Assembly (NCBI RefSeq): GCF_009914755.1
Contig: NC_060931.1
Length of the DNA stretch: 64,000 nucleotides
Source: the human T2T-CHM13v2.0 reference genome, Homo sapiens
Reading direction: 5' to 3' (one strand)
Shown: positions 1 through 15,090 of the stretch, piece by piece
Layout of the letters: every line of letters begins with the position of its first letter
Position numbering within the stretch: the stretch's first letter is position 1
The notes under the pieces: generated by a model
The model's database searches: none
Seen by the model: the letters and a program-made list of their open reading frames with translations, nothing else
Told to the model about the DNA's origin: nothing
Position numbers and translations under genes: made by a program

Positions 1-161
1 GGCATCATGGAACCTGCCAACATGTGATGTCTCCCCCGCACACCCAGCTTTAAAATTTCTCTCTTTTGTACTCTTTCCGTTTATTTCTCAGACCAGCCGA
101 CACTTAGGGAAAATAGAAAGGGACTCACATTGAAATATCGGGGGCTGAATTTCCCCCAATA
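1..161 (+). mobile_element. MER11-type LTR (HERV-K/HML-8), 3' end, cut by the window start
   Basis: Matches the recalled MER11 3' end: catgtgatgtctcccc...cccagctttaaaatttctctcttttgtactc...gacacttagggaaaatagaaa...gaaatatcgggggctg...cccccaata. Confidence 0.85.
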
Positions 162-1779
162 AGATCACATTACTTTAATTTTTAAAATGATATTTCTTAT
201 AAATTTCCTTTCTGAAAAGACAATTATATTATTTCTTAAAGAGTAAACTACTATTCAGTACCTGAAGGATAATCTGTAGGTTTGTTCTTATCTTTAAAGA
301 GCTGTACTCATCAGAAAGCACTCAACTCACAGCATGGGTAGCATCAGCATGCTGTAACCTGAATCAAGAATAATAGCACTTGAATAATTCCCTCTGATGT
401 GTTCATAATGATTTCTCAAAAAAGAGTTTTGGAAATGACATGAAGCAATTTTCTTTCTGCTGAGCTTCAGTCTAAGGGGTATTGGCACTGGGCTTAGAGG
501 GAATGTAGATTATGCTCTTCTTTTTCTATTTTACATTCTTAACTCTCTACTTTGGAGACTGCTAAATTGATTTAATTTATTTTCCAAACAATTCCTAATT
601 AATCACAATTATTTTGATATTTTAGAAATTCAAAATGCCAAAAAAAAAAAAAAAAGAAATTCCAAACAACTCACATGTTTCATTTTAACAGGACTCCTTT
701 ATTTGTGGACTATGATTGGTAATATCTTAAGCGGCACCCAGCCAAACACAAAACATTCAAGCTTCTAAATTTATTCATTAAAGAATTCTGACACTCTAAA
801 TTAGGCACTGTCTGTTCTTCATACTTACTATTATCAGCAAGTGTACCCCTTCCCATACATATACACCAGAAAATAAATATCAGTAGAGACTCAGATAAAT
901 ACCTGAATTGAATAATATTGATAAACCTGATTCAACATTTATTTGCTCCTTGATCTTGTGTTGGGATATAAGATAAGTAAGTTATCCAGCAAAACTCAGG
1001 CTTTTTGTCTTAATGAAACACGTATATGATAGAAAATGGAGCTCACATAAAAATCGAATTATGAATGTGTCTCAGTATCCTACAATAAATCAAATTTATG
1101 CTAATGAAGAAAAGAGCATTACAGATTTTTATTTTATTTCTATTTTCTATGTGTGCCCTTCCCCTCTCCATTTTTAGAGTTCTTTATGGGGGTAATAGTG
1201 AGGGGCAGACAGATGTATCTTCATGAAGTAGTGTGAGGAAAATACTTTGAAGTCTGTTAATTTATGTAAAAACTTGTCCCTCCCTCTCTTTGCAAAAGCA
1301 AATTACATTGCTAATTAATGTAAGAAACATAAGAAAGGTATAAGATTACTCTAAGGAAGAGAAAAATATAACACTGTCAGTTTCAGGTTTCCATAACATA
1401 TACTTCAGAGGAGGCTGATGCTCATCTTTGCATATCTGACATTCAGGGACATCACCACCAAGAAGCTGTTTGGAATTCTGCATTCTGTTCTTCATAAAAA
1501 TCCCATGATACTTCCCAGCAGAAGACACTAGTTTTGAGAAAAAGTTTCTCCCTAAAGGATATTGGCAACTCACAAAAAATACATTTTGGGGTGCAGTTTT
1601 TATAACTCAAAGAATTTCATGCATATGTAACCAGCCTCTGGCGTAAGAAAAGCAACCTTTCCAGCATCCAGAATGACCTTTTGTTTTCCTTCCCATTACT
1701 GCCTTCCATCAATATCCTGACTTCTAACAGTGTGGATTAAATTTGTCCACTCTTGCACTTTATATAAATAGAATCAAAT

Positions 1780-2303
1780 TGTGTCTTGGTTCCCCAAGAG
1801 TACCTTCCAACTTGATGGTTTGCTAAGAAAGACTCACAAGAATCAGAAGCTATTTATACACACACAATATACTGTAGCAAACAAATATAAATTAAAATCA
1901 GCAAAAGAAAAGAGCAGATGGGACAAAGTCCAGGAGAAACCAGACCCACACTTTCATGTGTTTCCTTTAGTGGAGTTGCATGGGCTCACATGGAATCTCA
2001 CCTGAGCCTTGATGTCCAGAGTTTCTACTGGGACCAATAATGACAGCATGACTGACCTTAGCTACTCAGAGAAAAAGCAGGTATTCACTATAAGTCACAT
2101 TGTTAGGATAAACTTATCTGATCACACTGGTACATCGTGGCCCAAGCCTTCAGGCCTGCAGAAACACTCTTATCACACATGATATTTTAAGGGCTCAGAG
2201 CTTATTTCCCAGGAGTTGACCAAGCAACAGTCATGAAGACAAACCTTCTTTGGAATGTGCAGGGTTTGAGTAACCCAGGCCTACCACATTAACCTTTTCC
2301 TGC
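1780..2303 (-). mobile_element. ERVL-type LTR of the MER21/MER68/MER77 group
   Basis: tgtgtcttggttccccaaga...aaaatcagcaaaagaaaagag...aagtccaggagaaaccag...taagtcacattgttag...ttggaatgtgcagggtttgag resembles the reverse complement of this LTR group. Confidence 0.65.
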
Positions 2304-2679
2304 TTGCTCTCATTGTTTTAGTATTCCACTCCCTGTGTATATCACAATTTGTTTATCCATTCTTCTGTTGATGGGTATTTAGTTAGGTTCTCTTTATTTG
2401 TTGTGAATCTTGCTGATATGAACATTCTAGTACAGGGGTATTTTTTGGTTAAAATGCATATATATTTCAATTGAGTGTATACCTAGCAGCAGAATTGCTA
2501 TATTATAGAGTATGTATATATTAATCCTATGTAAATACTTCTAAGAGATTTTCCAAAGTGGTTATTTTGTTTTATATTTGCACTTGCAGTGGACAAGCCT
2601 TGGTTGTACCACATCCTCATCAATATTTGGAATTATCAGTCTTTCATTTTAGCCATTCTGTTAGATGTATAATTGCCTT

Positions 2680-2905
2680 CACACATTTTCTGTTGCTATA
2701 ACAGAATACCTGAGACTGAATAATTTATAAAGAAAAGAGGTTTATTTTGCTCATGGTTCTGGAGGCAGGGAAGTGCAAGATTGGGTGGGTGCATGTGGTG
2801 AGGGCCTAACCGTTATGTCCTAACATGGTGGATTGCATCACATGGTATAGAAGTAGAAGGGGAAGTGGGCTCGCAAAAAGGGCAAAACATGAGAGGGAGG
2901 TGGTT
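2680..2905 (-). mobile_element. MaLR LTR fragment (MST/MLT1A-like)
   Basis: ttgctataacagaatacctgagactgaataatttataaagaaaagaggtttattttgctcatggttctggaggc is a typical antisense MaLR LTR end. Confidence 0.75.
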
Positions 2906-3764
2906 TGACAGCTTATTATATTAAGTTTTCAGTTTTCTGCCATGAGTACCATAAAGTTTTTTATTTATTGAGGTCTTTATTTCCTCTCTGAAAATATCCT
3001 TTTATACATTTTTTAAGGCTTATTACTAGATTTTTAAAACTTTATGTTTCTGTAAACACTTTTCTTTAAATAGTATTTTCTATTATTTTTTGAAGGTATA
3101 TAAAAATTCAGTTATTTTTACATACCCGTTGATGTTGCTAAATTTATTTATTAGTTCTAATTATACATAGATTCTTCAGAAGGTCTTTAACTGCAACTAT
3201 GTCATGTACAACTTTGTTTTTCCTTTCCTATTCTTACTGCTTTATTTCTTTATTTGCCTTATTACGCTGGCTAGGACTTCAGTGCAATATGGAATAGAAG
3301 TGGTGTTATTAGGCATTCTTGTTTTGTTCCTAAGAAACTCAGAGGAGTTTCTTAAATTGATCATTTGCTGTGGGGTTTTGGTGGATATTTTTCATTAGAG
3401 ATTAAGAAAGCTCTCTTCTATTTCTAATTTGTTAAAAGTTTTTTTTTTGTCATGACTGTTAACTTTTTTCAAAAGCTATTTCTATATCTTAGAGACACTT
3501 GTATAATCTACTTTTCTATAGTAAATGTAATAAATTACATTGATTTATTTAGAAATTTTTAAATCATTCTTTCATATCTAAAGTCCACTTGATTGTGATG
3601 AATTCTCCTTTTATATGTTATCATATTTGATTCACTAATATGTTATTAAATATATTTGCATCTATGTTTGTGAGAGATAATTATCTGTAACTTTTTTTCC
3701 TTTTTGAGTCTTTGTAAGTATGAGAATCGATGTTATACTGACATCATAAAAATAGTTAGAGGGG

Positions 3765-4078
<314 letters not shown>

Positions 4079-5090
4079 AATTAGAGGGTTTTTTTTGTTT
4101 GTTTTTGTTTTTTCTATTTTGTTGATGAGTTTGTGAAAGATTATTGTTATTTCTTCCTCAAATGTTTGAAAGAAGTTCATCTGTGAAGCCATTTGGGACT
4201 GACTTTTTTTTTTTTCTTTTTAACGGATTCAACATCTCTAATAGGTAATGCACTATTAAAATTTTTGTTCCTTTTTCTGTCAGCTTTGGTAAATTTAATT
4301 CTTCAAGATATTTGTCTACTTTATTCAACTAATTCATGCATTTGCAAGGAAAGAAAACCTGATTAATTATAAAAATAAGTAATAAAATATATAAAAATGG
4401 AGAAATTGTGTCTTTTTAAACTTAAATGACAATTAAAAAATTACAACCTTTTTTTTTCACTATCATCAAGTTTACAGGTGAATTTGTTCTCCAAATCTAA
4501 CATTAATGGAGAACATAATCTGATTCCCAGGATGTCCCTGTCCTGAAGCCAGTTGCATCTCTTCACTTTTATATGCTTTTATTTCTTATTAGTTGGAAGG
4601 TTGAACGTTCCACTACAATTACGAAGGAATTGTCACTCTTTTGCACAGTAGCAGCCCAACATTAAACCCAGTTCAAGCCAATAATTAATTTAACTGGAAT
4701 TTTGCAGAGTATCAGAACAATAAATTAGACATTTTAAACAGGAGAATCAATTGTACATCAAAAAATTTTAAGAAGGTGAGAAATTCATCAAGGATGTTTT
4801 AAATTCAGACCATAACGTTTTAGAAATAAAATGCAGTTTACCAAAACATTTGTCTCTTTTGTTGTTTTAGAGAATGGAGAGGGAGTGATATTTATTACCT
4901 TTTCATGTTCTAATGGAAATATGGAGACATAATATCTTCTATACTATGTAAATTCAACAGTATTGGTAAAATATATTACACATAAAAGCAAACTATTACT
5001 ATACAAATTAACTGATATTATATTTGTTAGAAATCAATAGCCTTGGGTTAAGAAAGTCAGAATTGAGACAAACAATCATTTATATTTAGG

Positions 5091-5451
5091 TGCTACAGAC
5101 TGTTTGTGTCGCCCCAAAATTCATATGCTGAAACCTAATCCTCACTGTAATGATGTTGGGAGATGGAGCCTTTGGGAGGTGATTAGGTCATGAAGGTGGA
5201 GCCCTGGTGAGTGGGTTTAATGACCTTATTAAAGAAGCCTGAGAGAACTTCCTCCCCTCTTCCACCATATGAGGACACAGCAAGAAGACGGCCACCTATG
5301 AACTGGGAAGTGGGCCTTCCTCAGGCACTGAATCTGCCTGCACATTGATATTGGACTTCCCAGCCTCCAAAACTGTGAGAAATAAACTTCTATGCTTATA
5401 AGCCACTCAATCTATATTATTCTGTTATAGCAACCCAAACTGAGTAAAACA
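5091..5451 (+). mobile_element. MLT1A0-like MaLR solo LTR
   Basis: tg...ca termini; ccccaaaattcatatgctgaaacctaatc, ggacttcccagcctccaaaactgtgagaaataaa; near-TSD ttagg/ttaga. Confidence 0.9.
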
Positions 5452-8184
5452 TTAGATCACCCTCTATCTTCTTTAATGCTTTTCTGATAATATGCATCCT
5501 GGTGAAATGTGTTGGCTGTGAGTGATGTGGATTGGTAAGGCACTAGGAAAATGAGAAAAGAAAGAATGCAATGCCAAGATATCTCTATTAAAGCAGTTTT
5601 TATAAGTAAAACTCCTCTTCCAAGGAAACGAATAATTTTTTTCTTTATTAAACAGAACAAATTGGTAGAAAAATGCTTTACATATTGAAACTTCTACATC
5701 CCAGAATGTGGCTTTAATGACTATATTTTATCAAGAAGTGTTTGTGTATAAAAATCAAAAACACAAGTATCAAACTGCTGAAAATGTAACACAGTGTCAA
5801 AATTATTAATAGACAATGATAATATATTTCCAGGAATATAAAACCAAAAAATTTAAGAGCATGTTGGAAAACTTGGCAAGGAACACGAATGTCAATTTAC
5901 TAAGCAATAAAAGGGGAGGCATACAAGTGATCAACAAACATAAGGAGGGCAAAAATGCAAACAATAATACATCAGGAAAGATTTAAAGAAACAAAGATTT
6001 AAACAGCAATATATCATATATATTTATCTTTAGTATACCTTGTGCTGTTGTTTATTTTTATGGTACTATCCTCAGTGTGAAGAAAATGGCATTCTTGTAT
6101 ACTGGTAGTTTAAATATAAGTTGTCCTACAAACCTTCAGAATGTACTTAGCCAGCAATTACTTGTATAAAGTTTTATCCAAAATGCAGAATTAGAGACTC
6201 ATACACAGGCGTATCCACAAGAATAATATTTTACATTGTTATTTATGAAGTAAAGAGGAAACAATGTGAAGTCCAATGGCAGAAGACCAGTTACATAAGT
6301 TATGGCATGTCTACATATACAGTATTATGTAGTCATTTAAATCATATAGAATTATGACTAAGAATTTGAGTAAAAGCTCTTATGGTAGGTGAAAAATATG
6401 TATATATTTGTGTGTATGCAAAAATATGTTAATACACACAAACCTGTATTGTGTATCACTGCACATTTACACATATACAATCTTTCTGCGGATTTCTGAT
6501 TAGTTCTTGAAGATAATTATCTAGAAGTGTAATTTTTGCATCATTTTGAAAGATACTGATGTTTATTGAAAAATTAGTATCTAAAAGATTTTATCAGTTG
6601 ACACCCATATCAATTTTATAGTCATAACTTTAAAAATACACTAAAATGTTGACTGATGTCAGTGGTCATCGCTGAATGAATTACAGGTAATTTCAATATT
6701 CTCTTTATATTATTTCTGTACTCTAAGTCTATTATTCCAAGGGCTTGGGAGGCAAACGCATTCCTTTGGCTCAGGAGCCCTTAGGTGGACTGAGTGTGGA
6801 CAGATTTTATCACAGGTTTGGACCCTGAAGACAGTCTGACCAAACTTGTTTCACACCTCTTTGGCCACTGTTGCAGATACCTGGCCTTCTCAGTTTGGCT
6901 CTATAATAAGCAAAACAATGTGAAGCTCCCTATCAGATTTAGATTTAGAATATAAATATCCCCAATTTGTTCCCAGTTCTATCATTCTACTCATTCTCAG
7001 CAATGATTTTAAAAAGAAATTTAAACAGACACTCCTTCCCCAAGCCTCTGTATATTTAGAAATTGTCCTTCATTAGAATTTACATATAATGCAATCAGTA
7101 TAACGAAGTGCTATTTCTGGTACATTCATTATTTGGAGTAACTGCTCTGTTAACCTAACAGCTTATTATAAAAATATGGTAAAAAGCAATATAATTTATT
7201 GTTTCTGAAGCACCTCTTTGGCTGAATGAAATAACAACCAGTGTGAAATATGAAGGGCAATACCAGCAGTTCTGGAGCTTATGTGTACATAAATATTGAT
7301 AAGAGATAAAATATTTTAAAAAACGTATATTGGATGTTGGGGTCTTGTGACATTATCAGTGGCACTAAATTACTTACTTCACTGCTCAATGTAGGACTCA
7401 ACTGAAAAGTGTGCCTTCCTCTTCTTACATTCTTTCTTTTTGTAGAAGCTAAATATTTTGCTGTAACATGTCATTAAACGAGAATGATAACACTAAAAAT
7501 GGATGAGCTGATTCTGAGGTAATTTGGAGGGATTTTAAAACAGCAGAAGGCAGTGTCAATCATGATTAATAATGAATTTAAAAAATAAAGACTTTTGGGG
7601 AAAATTGTCTTGTTGAGTGGCATTAGAATAAAATTGTATCTGCTAAATAACCTCAAAGTGCTAAAAGTATAGAGAAAAATTGGAGAACTTGGAAGTTTAC
7701 AAATACATAGCAACCATAATACAATGGGAGAGGACAATAAGATTGTTATACTTTAATCGTAAGAACTTGTTTATTTTTCAAAATGCAACAGGAAAAAACA
7801 CAGAGAAGACCAACAGTCTTCAACAGACCCTAATTTAAATTCTGAATGTGGGATTGTACTGGGGCAAGACACATGTGAGGTCCATAGGGAAACCCTGGGT
7901 GTACAGGGAGTCGGAGCCGGGAGGGAATGGAGAATAACTGGGCAGATGGATAAACATTTGTGGTTGACTTTCGCTCTACTTGAATTACGTTGCCAAGGTC
8001 AAAAAAGAGCTGAAGTCTCTGAGAAGCAGCAGCTGTACTTTGTGTGGCCAGAATTCAACAGCTAAATCAAAGCAAGAGCCTGAGACTTGTACTAAAATAC
8101 AAGCATTTGGTTATTGTCATCCAAGGAAGAAGCTTCTATGTTAGAAAACTGTGGAACAAAGAGACATAAAATCTGGTCAAGAGT

Positions 8185-8620
8185 GTGAGTGTTACTACTT
8201 TAAAATCCTTGTGATCTTTGGCAAATCCTTAACCTTTCTGAAACTCAGTTTCTTAATTTCTTCTGTGTATATCAGGCAGCTCTTGTGAGTAAGTGATGAA
8301 TTAATTCATGGAAAGCTGTTCTGAAGGTGACAAAATAGCATACAATCTTTGGAGGTAGTTCTTTCTACAGAATGCCTATTTATTAATATTAGTCTTGGCT
8401 CTAGTGAGAGACTTACAGGAGGAGTTCAAAGCTTAGCTTTGTCACTTACTAGCTGTGGGAGATGTGCCTTGTCCTCTCTGGGTTACAGTTTCCTTAAATT
8501 TAAAATGGACATGTTCCTCGTGTCTTATTTTCTTAGTCTGTTATGGTGATTCAATGAAAGAGCCTATTTACTTCAGTGCCTAGTGCATAGTAAACAGTAA
8601 AAAAAGTTAGCTATTATAAA
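8185..8620 (+). mobile_element. Two MIR fragments
   Basis: MIR core motifs tgtgatctttggcaaatccttaacctttctgaaactcagtttc and cacttactagctgtg...cagtttccttaaatttaaaatgg...cagtgcctagtgcatagtaa. Confidence 0.65.
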
Positions 8621-9104
8621 AACATGAAGCTTAGTTGGCCTGCGCCATGTTCAGAAAATCCAATAATTGTAATTATGCATCTATAGGAAATCATAGTAAT
8701 AATAATGACTCTAGGCATTCAATGAACTTAAATTTTTTTTTTTTCAGAAAATTCCCCCCCACCTTTTTTTTAACCTGATTGCTTTAACTCTTGTATAAAT
8801 CATCATAATGAAATAAAAGGGAACTACTGTTTCTTAATTATGTACATAAAATTCTAAAAATATAAAAGTGACAGTCCCATTTTAATTGTTATTATACTGT
8901 TAGTTCTATGTTGTTGCCATCCTAAGATGTATTTGTACTAACTATGGTTAAGTGTCCAAATAATGAAAAGCATGTTCCCATTAGCCTCCATTGATCAACT
9001 GTTCCTAGAAAAAGTTTAAAGGAAGTTCAAGGCAGTTTATCCTTTCAAATTAACCAGAAAGCTCCCCTAAGCACTTGTTCTCCTAGTATACATGTGCTGG
9101 GCAG

Positions 9105-9290
9105 AGCAGGGGTTCTGGAGTCAGGTTGCCTGGCTCTACCAGTTACTAGCTGTGTCACTCTGGGCAAGTTGCTAAACCTCTCTGGACTTCCACTATCCTC
9201 AGTCATAGAAAAAGTTTACAAGTGAAGTGTCTAGCATGGTGGTTACCATATTTTAAAACTGTCAGTAAGTAAAAACTTTTAGTCACTATT
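9105..9290 (+). mobile_element. MIR
   Basis: ctggagtcag...ctggctctaccagttactagctgtgtcactctgggcaagttgctaaacctctctg. Confidence 0.7.
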
Positions 9291-9811
9291 AGTGACAGTC
9301 ATAAAAACTCTACTAGGGTCTACAAAGTTGACCATTCTAGAAGATATTAGATCACATACTATCAACAGAGATGGCCCATCTGGATCTAAATTAATCAAAA
9401 TTCATTCCTACTTGAATCTCCATATGAAATCTTTGGTAACTATGAACATTTGTGATTTTAAGTGGATTTGACACTAGATTATCTCAATGAGAATTCATTA
9501 TCTATTTTATTCAGTAATGAGTTTGGAAGTGTTCTGCATTGCGTTAGAAAAATTCTGTCATTGAAAAAAATTCTAATATATATTTATAAACTCTCAATAT
9601 TTCTCTTTCAATTTATCAATTGCATATACAAAGGAAATGGTTTTCTTAATATCTAGAACATAAAAACTAGCAAATGAAACCAGGCTGCCCACAACTGCCC
9701 TGTCCTTTATTATTATATATTTTTTCTTATTTAAGTAAAGCCAAACCATTATTACTCTTCTAACCTTTTTTTTTTTTAATCTTTGATCTGATAAATAAAA
9801 ACGCATTTATT

Positions 9812-10125
<314 letters not shown>

Positions 10126-10264
10126 TTAACAAACAGTCTATACATCAAAGCAGCAGGACTCACTTCAAGCACAACTATAGAATAGTATTTTCCAAATAAA
10201 ATATAGTGGAAAATAATTGACTATCTATGATTTTTGCATCCTCATCGTCAACTTTTAAGTGACA

Positions 10265-10500
10265 ATAATAGCTACCATTTATGGATAACTAACTACATGC
10301 TATGCATTACTTCACACCTTTTTTAACCCTCACAACAACCCCATGAAGTGGATTTTATTGTTATTCTCATTTTAAAATTAAGAAAACTGAGGTTCAGGGA
10401 AGTTAAGTAATTCACCCAATATGGTTACTTAGTAAGTGGAAGGAATATAATGTGCACCGAGAGTGTGACTCTAGGGTGGAACTGGGCATTCTGCTACTCT
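10265..10500 (-). mobile_element. MIR
   Basis: aataatagctaccattta...cctcacaacaaccccatgaagt...aagaaaactgaggttcagggaagttaagtaa. Confidence 0.75.
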
Positions 10501-11118
10501 CCCTTGATATAAATAATATGAAAGTCCTTTATAAAGCTTTTTTTATGTAGATAAGTTCTGTATCCCTGTTGATGTGCAAAGTCTCGTACAAAGCCTCATT
10601 ATATTCAGATATTACAGTGTCAACCACTTACTCCGGGAGAGTTTTTACACAGGATTGTAATTTATGCCTCAGCAATTACAAATTATTATACTTAAGAATT
10701 ACTGGGCACTTACAGCATATTCCCAAATGTGAGGATTACGTCTGTGAATTTCAAGACTTTATCATGGAAATAACACTGACTATAGAGCTGGTTTAATCAC
10801 TCTATTTTGAGGAAAGCAAGCTATTTAGCAGTTATGTTTTTAAAGAAAAAACTTTAAAATGTCAAATAATGAAATTCATCAACCCTTTTTTGGTTATTTC
10901 ATTTTTTAGTGCACTATAGGTGAAGATAAATACTTGTAAGCCCTCCTTTTTTTTTTTTCTCTAATCACGCTTCTGAACCATGATACAAGGCTCTAGGGTT
11001 GAATAGGGCTACTCAGCTGATAGATAAGATTTGGTGAAGAAAGACAAGTACATTTCTATTTCTCTTTCTGTTAATTTTTTTCCCTCAGGTCCCTCTGGAC
11101 CAATAGGGTGAGATTTGA

Positions 11119-11438
<320 letters not shown>

Positions 11439-11723
11439 GTAATGAATATATTTTCACACATAATGTGGCACTTGATACAGTGTGGTGTGGTCTTTTCTAC
11501 TTCTGAGTTTTGTTATATAAATGTAATAACTATTTTAGTGGGAAGGGCATAAAGAATAGTAAGCAAATGAGTAGATCAAATAATTGCAAATTACAATTTA
11601 TTGGAAGAAGAGTGAGGTGTTTTAAGGGTTGGTGAGGGTTGGTGGTGATTATTTTAGATAAAACAGTGAGGAATGCACTCACTGCTTTATCTAAAGCAGA
11701 GGATTTTAAGCAGAGGAAAGCAT

Positions 11724-12195
11724 TTGTTAAATAAGTGAGAGGCCATTACCTGGAGGCTGCATCTGTGCTTTGAGTTCCTACAAACAAACTGCAACCTGAC
11801 AGTACTAAACAAACCAAAACCAACTTAGGAGTGTAACTACTGAGTTGTAATTAATCACAAGCAGCCAGGTTTCTTCTAATCACAGGCAGCCACTCATCAC
11901 ACTGTGCCCAAATAAGGCAGATGTCTAGCTGTGGTTGGGTAGGTGATTTCTCTACTTAGCTTCCATGCAAAACTCCATGCATTCAAACCGCCCCCCCCCC
12001 CAAAAAATTCATGAATGCAAAGCTAATACACCCAAATATAAATTATTGATATATATCTTGGATTATATATCATAAAGTCTATAAAGCTGGACTCTCTGAA
12101 CTGCTTCTACTTCTGAGTGCTGCCTCATTTATGAATCATCTTTTGCTCAAATAAACTCTATTACATTTAACTTTTCTACAGGTTTTCTTTTAACA
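11724..12195 (+). mobile_element. MER57-family ERV1 solo LTR with an internal non-LTR insertion of about 100 bp
   Basis: tgttaaata...ttttcttttaaca termini; caaataaggcaga; aataaa near the 3' end; same architecture as the LTRs at 16467 and 26812. Confidence 0.7.
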
Positions 12196-12199
12196 CAGT

Positions 12200-12480
12200 A
12201 GAGCGAAGACTGTGAGTCTGGTTTTTTGAAAGACAGAAGTGGGGGCTTTGTGGATAGAAAACAATGAGCAAGAGAGCTGAAATTGGAGAGACTGGTAAAA
12301 CTGGCTAATGTAGGTAGGACATGGTAGACCATAGTGAGGGGTATTATTATTTTCCTAAACTTTATAGCAAGTCATTAAAATGTTTTAAGGAGGGGAGTAA
12401 TGTGTTATGATTGTGTGTGTGTGTGTGTGTGTGTTCTTTATTTTAAACACCACACTGTTTTCTCTGAGGAGAATGGAAAA
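12200..12480 (-). mobile_element. L2 fragment containing a (TG)n microsatellite at 12412-12434
   Basis: aagtcattaaaatgttttaaggaggggagtaatgtg resembles the antisense L2 3' region; about 11 TG units. Confidence 0.55.
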
Positions 12481-14869
12481 CTAACTTCAAGAATGAGTTT
12501 TTTTTTTTTTTAATAAGAGAACAACAGTGCATCAGTAATTTGTTTTATGTTGCAGTTCCTAAACTCTTTTACATGCATCGTTTTAAATAATCCCACAAAC
12601 CTGATACGAATTGCACATAAGTTAGACATGGGCTACAGTCTATTCATAAAGAAGCTTATTGGAGAAGGTGAGTAAATTGCCTATGATCACTTGTTACATT
12701 CAAAACTAGAACTTATAAGCCCTGAATATCTACCATAGCAAGATGTACTCACTTGTGCCTCAAAATGTCCCCATCAATATTTTTTAAAGAGGATATCATA
12801 AAAGATTATTGGTAAGTCATTGAATGCCACCTTAATAACTCTTTGAAATACTTCAAAGGGAATAAATATTTTACATCGTTGCTTGATTGAATATTAGCAC
12901 TGTTCAGGTTTTCAAATTTTTGTAAATTTAATGAAAATCTACCAAAGTCTATCTTTTAATACTCTATTAAAATCAATTCTAATAGGACTCATACATGGAG
13001 TGCAACTAAATATACAAAAATCATGCATTCATATAAATTATTGATATATAATATTCAATATAGCAGATTATTTAAACAAAATAAACTTAAGGATTAAGTT
13101 TTTTTATTATGAAAATATAAATGGATAAATCAACAGGTAATGTCAACAAAAGGAAGAAATAATGGGGAAAATAAAGTATAGAATACATATTAAGAAAAAT
13201 GAATATAAACTAAAAACAGAAAAAGATGGAAAGAGGAATTGCATGATGAACATTTCTCTGAGAGAACCCTTGATGCTTTCTTAGTGGTGTGGCCATCTGC
13301 CCAAGTAGCTGTGCACCATTGATTTCTTACTATTGCTTTAAATCATGACCTCTAATTCAACTTTCAAGACTATAAACATAGTAATGTCCATCAACCCTAT
13401 TGCTGCCTTGTTCTGTAGGCCAGTTTGTAGAATGAAAAACCCTGATCACACCATTTGCAATGCCCAAACATGGTCAGGGGTTTAGGGGTTGGGGGAGAAA
13501 GTGAACAGTTCACCACCTTCATGACCTTCTCACTGACTTGGCTTATCAACTCTGGTCAATGTTTTCATACACCTTTTCCCTCTCTCCCCTCTGTCCCCAG
13601 AAGCATAAAGTGACTAGAAATCATTTTGCAGTGACATTTAACCCTTCTTTCCCAAAGCATGCTTGTGTCATAAGGCCAAAACTTACACATAACTGACGCA
13701 ATGTTCTGGTCATTGGGCAGCACTTACTACTCTCAACTCTCCTAAGAAAGGAGAGAGTTCTTGACAGTGTTGACTACAGGAGAGTTGCAAGGTAGAAAAA
13801 CATAAACAATGTTCTAGCTTATTATGACATTTGCTTTTACACTTAAGCTATACCAAATATGGCTCCTGACTGGATATAGAATGGAACACATTTTTAAAAA
13901 CACCTATTTGGCATATTTCAACAAAATATGTGCCCAAAATCCTAACCCCGTAAGCATCTGTGGTTTCAGAGACATTGTATACTTCCATGCAGTATAATCA
14001 CTCACTAAATAGAGGCATTCTTTTAGATAAAGCTTCCATTTTTAGAAAAAAGAAAATTGTGCCAATTTTTATTTGCCAGTAGTTTTCAAATTCATTATTA
14101 AAGCAAATGAAAATGAACATTTTTGTTTTTACAGTTTTCTGTTATATGCATTGTTGTTTTTCCAAAGAGCTTCTCTCCTTTAAATGGTTATAATAAACAC
14201 TATTTTAGAAATTATAAATTGTTCTACTCTGAATTGCGATGGCTTATAGATTTCTTTTTCATTCTTTTGGGCTAATAAATGTTTGCATTAAAATATAAAT
14301 GTTTATTCTTTGACTCATGAAAAAATAATAAGGCATAGGTATGAAGAATATATATTTGTTATTTGGTCTTCATAATGGCATATAAGATTTAATCAACTGG
14401 ATAATAAACATTATAAAGCAATATTCATGTCGAGAAGACAATACTTTCAATGAAGCATAAAGTCATGTACCTACTCTTCAGTTGTTATAATCCAGATATA
14501 TGGGATGGGACAATTAACAATAAAACATCTTCATGGCATGCCCAAGCACTTGATAGGGACTTCACTGGAGCTATCTTCAATCTTTGCATATGCAGAGCCT
14601 CGTTCAGCAACTGACATGTTGTGATTATTAATGTTGGTTGAATGAGCAAGTGAATGTTCTAAACATTTAGAAGTAATAAAGTCATGAGCTTGGATATCCT
14701 TGCCTCATGTAGACCTAGTTGGGAATACGTAAGGGATTTGAAAGATGAGGTCATACTATGACTCTGCTCCTCTGGGAAATACATAATACTAAAGTAGCAA
14801 ATGACATTTTTTAGAAGGTATTAAAGTTATCTCTGCTGAGATTATGCCATTATGCTTAAAATTAGGAAG

Positions 14870-15090
14870 AGTAATAAATATAATTGAATGAGCATCTATT
14901 ACATGCTAGGCATTTTACTAAGAATTCACGTAAACTGTCTAACTGAATCTGTACAACATTCCATCTTAAATCTCATAAGCTTAAAATCTCAGAAACTTAA
15001 ATAACTGGCCAAAGGGTGACAACTAACAAAGTTCCCAATCTAAACCAAGTTTCATTTGATTTCAAAGCCTCTAACGCTTCTATCCATTCT
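14870..15090 (-). mobile_element. MIR
   Basis: tgagcatctattacatgctaggcattttactaa...ttaaataactggccaaagggtgac. Confidence 0.6.

Noticed and set aside
1346-1573. 75-aa minus-strand ORF in unique sequence, considered as a possible exon
   Set aside because: Non-ATG start, no recognisable protein similarity in the frames I read, and no convincing pair of splice sites.
11626-11645. gggttggtgagggttggtgg, resembling a two-tier G-quadruplex like the thrombin aptamer
   Set aside because: It is a 10-bp doublet; two-tetrad motifs are common and weak, and nothing indicates function.
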